44,709 nucleotides of DNA from an uncultured delta proteobacterium. GTDB taxonomy: Bacteria > Myxococcota > Myxococcia > Myxococcales > Anaeromyxobacteraceae. The stretch covers positions 1 to 44,709 of the forward strand of contig CAWJSR010000051.1 of assembly GCA_963845515.1 (NCBI GenBank), in the 5' to 3' direction. Both the position numbers and the translations under genes were made by a program. The notes beneath the pieces were generated by a model, which saw only the letters and a list, made by a program, of their open reading frames with translations, searched no databases and was not told the DNA's origin. Positions 42,430-44,709 of this stretch are shown piece after piece. Within the stretch, counting starts at the first letter, position 1; the number at the start of each line of letters is the position of its first letter.

Positions 42430-43892
42430 TCAGGCCTGTGCGGCGCGGGCGAGCAGGACGTCGTAGCTCTGGGCGATCTTCGTGGCGAGGATGAGCAGCT
42501 CGCCGAGGTCGCCGGAGTCGACCCGGCCGCCCTTCCCGTTGTCGGCGTAGAGGACGTTCACCACCCGGCCCAGCGCCAGGATCGGGACCAGGAAGCAGCT
42601 CGAGGGGACTCCGCCGCCGAGGAACTTGAGCAGCCGGACGTTCGACTCGGTCTTCGGCAGCGGCCCGAGGAAGTGGGCCCGGGCGCCGACCACCATCGAG
42701 ACGACGCCCGGAGCGTCCAGCCTGAGCCGGATCCGCGAGACGACCTGCGCGTCGAGCTTCTCGCCCATCCCCGCCCATCCCCGCGCCTCGCCCCGCTGGA
42801 CGGTGAAGAGGACGGTCCGCCTGAACTTGGTCCGAGCGTACCGGAGGACGGTCCGGGCGATGGCGCGACGGTCGTCGACGCCGGCCAGCAGCGACAGGGC
42901 CTCCTGGAAGGAGACCGACGTCGGCTCCGGCTCTGCCGCCGCCGGGCGGGAGGTCGGGGGGACGAAGTGCGCCGGCGCGACGTGGCCCGGCCCCGCTCGC
43001 AGCACGGCGACCACCTCGTCGGCGATGTCGAGCGGGAAGCGGGGGATGGGGGTGACGTGGGGAGGCGTCAGCTCCTCACCAGTGACCTCTTCGGTCAGCT
43101 CGAAGATGATCTCTTCGGTCGAAGGTCCTCGGATGCCGCCTGAGGGGCCTGAGGGGCGTTGCGCCACTGCTCCGCGCCTCGCCTGGGCAGCGGCGGGATC
43201 GTCGCCCACGCAGCGGTGGGCGCAGCCGTGGGCGCTGCGGCGGGCGGCGGCGCGACGGCCGGCGGCGCGCCACGGCCCGCGGTGGAGGACCGGGAACGCG
43301 GGCGACGGCCAGGGGGCGGGGGCGCAGCAGCCCGCCCCACCTTGGCGTACATCCGGTTGAACTCGGCCTCGTCCATCAGGTCGCTGTCGACCGTGTCCTC
43401 GCGGGCAGGCTGCACCGGCGCTGGCTTCGCGCGGATGTCCCCGGCGAAGTCCACCTCGATGCCGCGCAGCTGGCGATCGACGCCATAGGTGTCGCGCAGG
43501 AGCGCCCAGAGCCGGGCCTCGGGGACGACGATCGGGTGGACCTGCTTCCCGGTGACGAAGGCCACCTCGTCGAGCATCGAGAAGTCGTTCGGATCGCAGA
43601 CGAGCAGCGCGAGCTTGCGATCCTGCAGGACGTACGGGACGACGTCGTACCGATCGGCCACCTCGGGCCGCAGCAGTGCGACGGCCGCGGGATCGAGCTT
43701 CAGGTCACCGTGGAGGGTCGGGAGGCCGTGCCGCTTGCCCAGCGCGCGCGCCAGATCGCCCTCCCGGACGGCCCCGAGATCCAGCAGGTTGGTGCCGAGC
43801 CGGCCGCCGAAGATGACCTGGTTCTTGAGCGCGTCGGCGACCGCTTCACGGCTGCAGGCGCCGCTCTGGACCAGGATCTCGCCTAGCCTCAT
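42430..43892 (-). CDS. MshEN/GspE-N domain protein without ATPase (frameshift(s) in the Pro/Ala-rich linker, ~43210-43320)
   Basis: RLGEILVQSG..ALKNQ..RLGTNLLDLG; T2SSE_N-like segment; C-terminal GAF-like LVPILALGRVVNVLYADNG. Confidence 0.75.
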
Positions 43893-43908
43893 CGCCACGC
43901 GGTCCCGA

Positions 43909-44220
43909 TCACTCGGTCACGATCTCGGACGCGATGGCACCGTCGGAGACGACGTAGTAGACGCGGACGCGCTGCCCCGCGGCGAGGCGGGTCACCGCCC
44001 CGGCCGGGTTCCCGGCCTTGTCGAGCACCTGGACGTCTCCGCCCGCCTTGTAGACGACAGCTCCCGCGGGGGTCATGACCGCCAGCTCGCCGTGGGTCGC
44101 GTCGACCGAGAGCACCTTCCCGGTGTCGCACTTGAGCCGGTCGCTGACCGGCGTGAGGCGCGGCTGCGGGAAGGGGGCGGCACCGAGGAGGGACGCGAGC
44201 AGGACGGCGTGGAGGAGCAT
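43909..44220 (-). CDS. Small exported hypothetical protein (OB-fold-like beta pattern)
   Basis: MLLHAVLLASLLGA signal; GKVLSVD..LAAGQRVRVYY..ASEI. Confidence 0.65.
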   Translation of the reverse strand: MLLHAVLLASLLGAAPFPQPRLTPVSDRLKCDTGKVLSVDATHGELAVMTPAGAVVYKAGGDVQVLDKAGNPAGAVTRLAAGQRVRVYYVVSDGAIASEIVTE

Positions 44221-44709
44221 GGCGGGAGCACCGGCGGCTGACTGCGTATCTGGACGGCGCGGGTCCGCCACCTTGGGTTTTGGGCGCCACACTGGGTGGC
44301 GGGAGCGGCGCTCCGCAGCGCCGAGACGCATGTGGCCCGAGGAGACGACAGGGGTCGCTGAAGCGGGGATAGTTCGACCGGACGAGGGCTTAGGCGCCTG
44401 TATCCTCCGGGGAGATCGCGCCAGCCGACGTCCAGCAGTGCCTCATTCCCGGGTCGGGCCGCTGCCGCAGCGTCATTCGGGCAGTGCGAGTGGTCCCACT
44501 GGGGCCACAGACCACGCAATCACCCCCTATCCACACCCGTATCGTCCGTATTGGCGGCACAGAGCTCACTTGAGCCGCGTGAAACGAGGGCGGCAACGAG
44601 GCCTCGCAATCCCCGGGGCCGGTCGACCTGAATCCGCCGGCCCATGCGGCTCGGCTTAACCGCCGACTACCGATCGTCCTCAATCGTGGCGCTGCGCGGT
44701 AACGAAATT

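Noticed and set aside
44221..44709. Long non-coding stretch as an ncRNA or small gene
   Set aside because: No recognisable RNA family or convincing ORF; truncated by the window edge

Overview
High-GC (~70%) bacterial DNA whose gene content resembles Myxococcota (Anaeromyxobacter-like); this is inferred from gene families, not from a database match. Many genes carry small frameshifts, most plausibly long-read indel errors. The left arm (1-11.5 kb) is housekeeping-like: deoxyhypusine synthase-like gene, CvpA, J-domain/TPR protein, lidless Hsp70, dGTPase, CPBP protease, receiver protein, MEMO1, gltX, a Phd/RelE toxin-antitoxin pair and glnS-YqeY. About 29.5 kb of accessory DNA lies between convergent tRNA-Glu(CTC) and tRNA-Gln(CTG) genes. 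It contains (i) a 3.5 kb lower-GC island bounded by a 31-bp duplication of the tRNA-Glu 3' end, encoding a DMP19-like protein, an apparent sigma54 DNA-binding-domain/GIY-YIG nuclease fusion and a His-less PAS kinase with a (GCCT)10 tract; (ii) a lipoprotein, an MBL hydrolase and a CzcCBA-type efflux system; (iii) a 12.5 kb corrinoid-dependent methyl-sulfur cluster (three MtaA-like methyltransferases, corrinoid protein, RACo activator, MetY, a methionine S-methyltransferase-like protein, a DMSP-lyase-like cupin, DUF1847, ABC importer) with shared promoter motifs; and (iv) a KimA-like permease with a short KdpD/KdpE pair. The right arm has hypothetical proteins and an MshEN-domain protein. The two best candidates for novel biology are the sigma54-GIY-YIG island and the methyl-sulfur/sulfonium cluster. 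All family calls are by eye from motifs.
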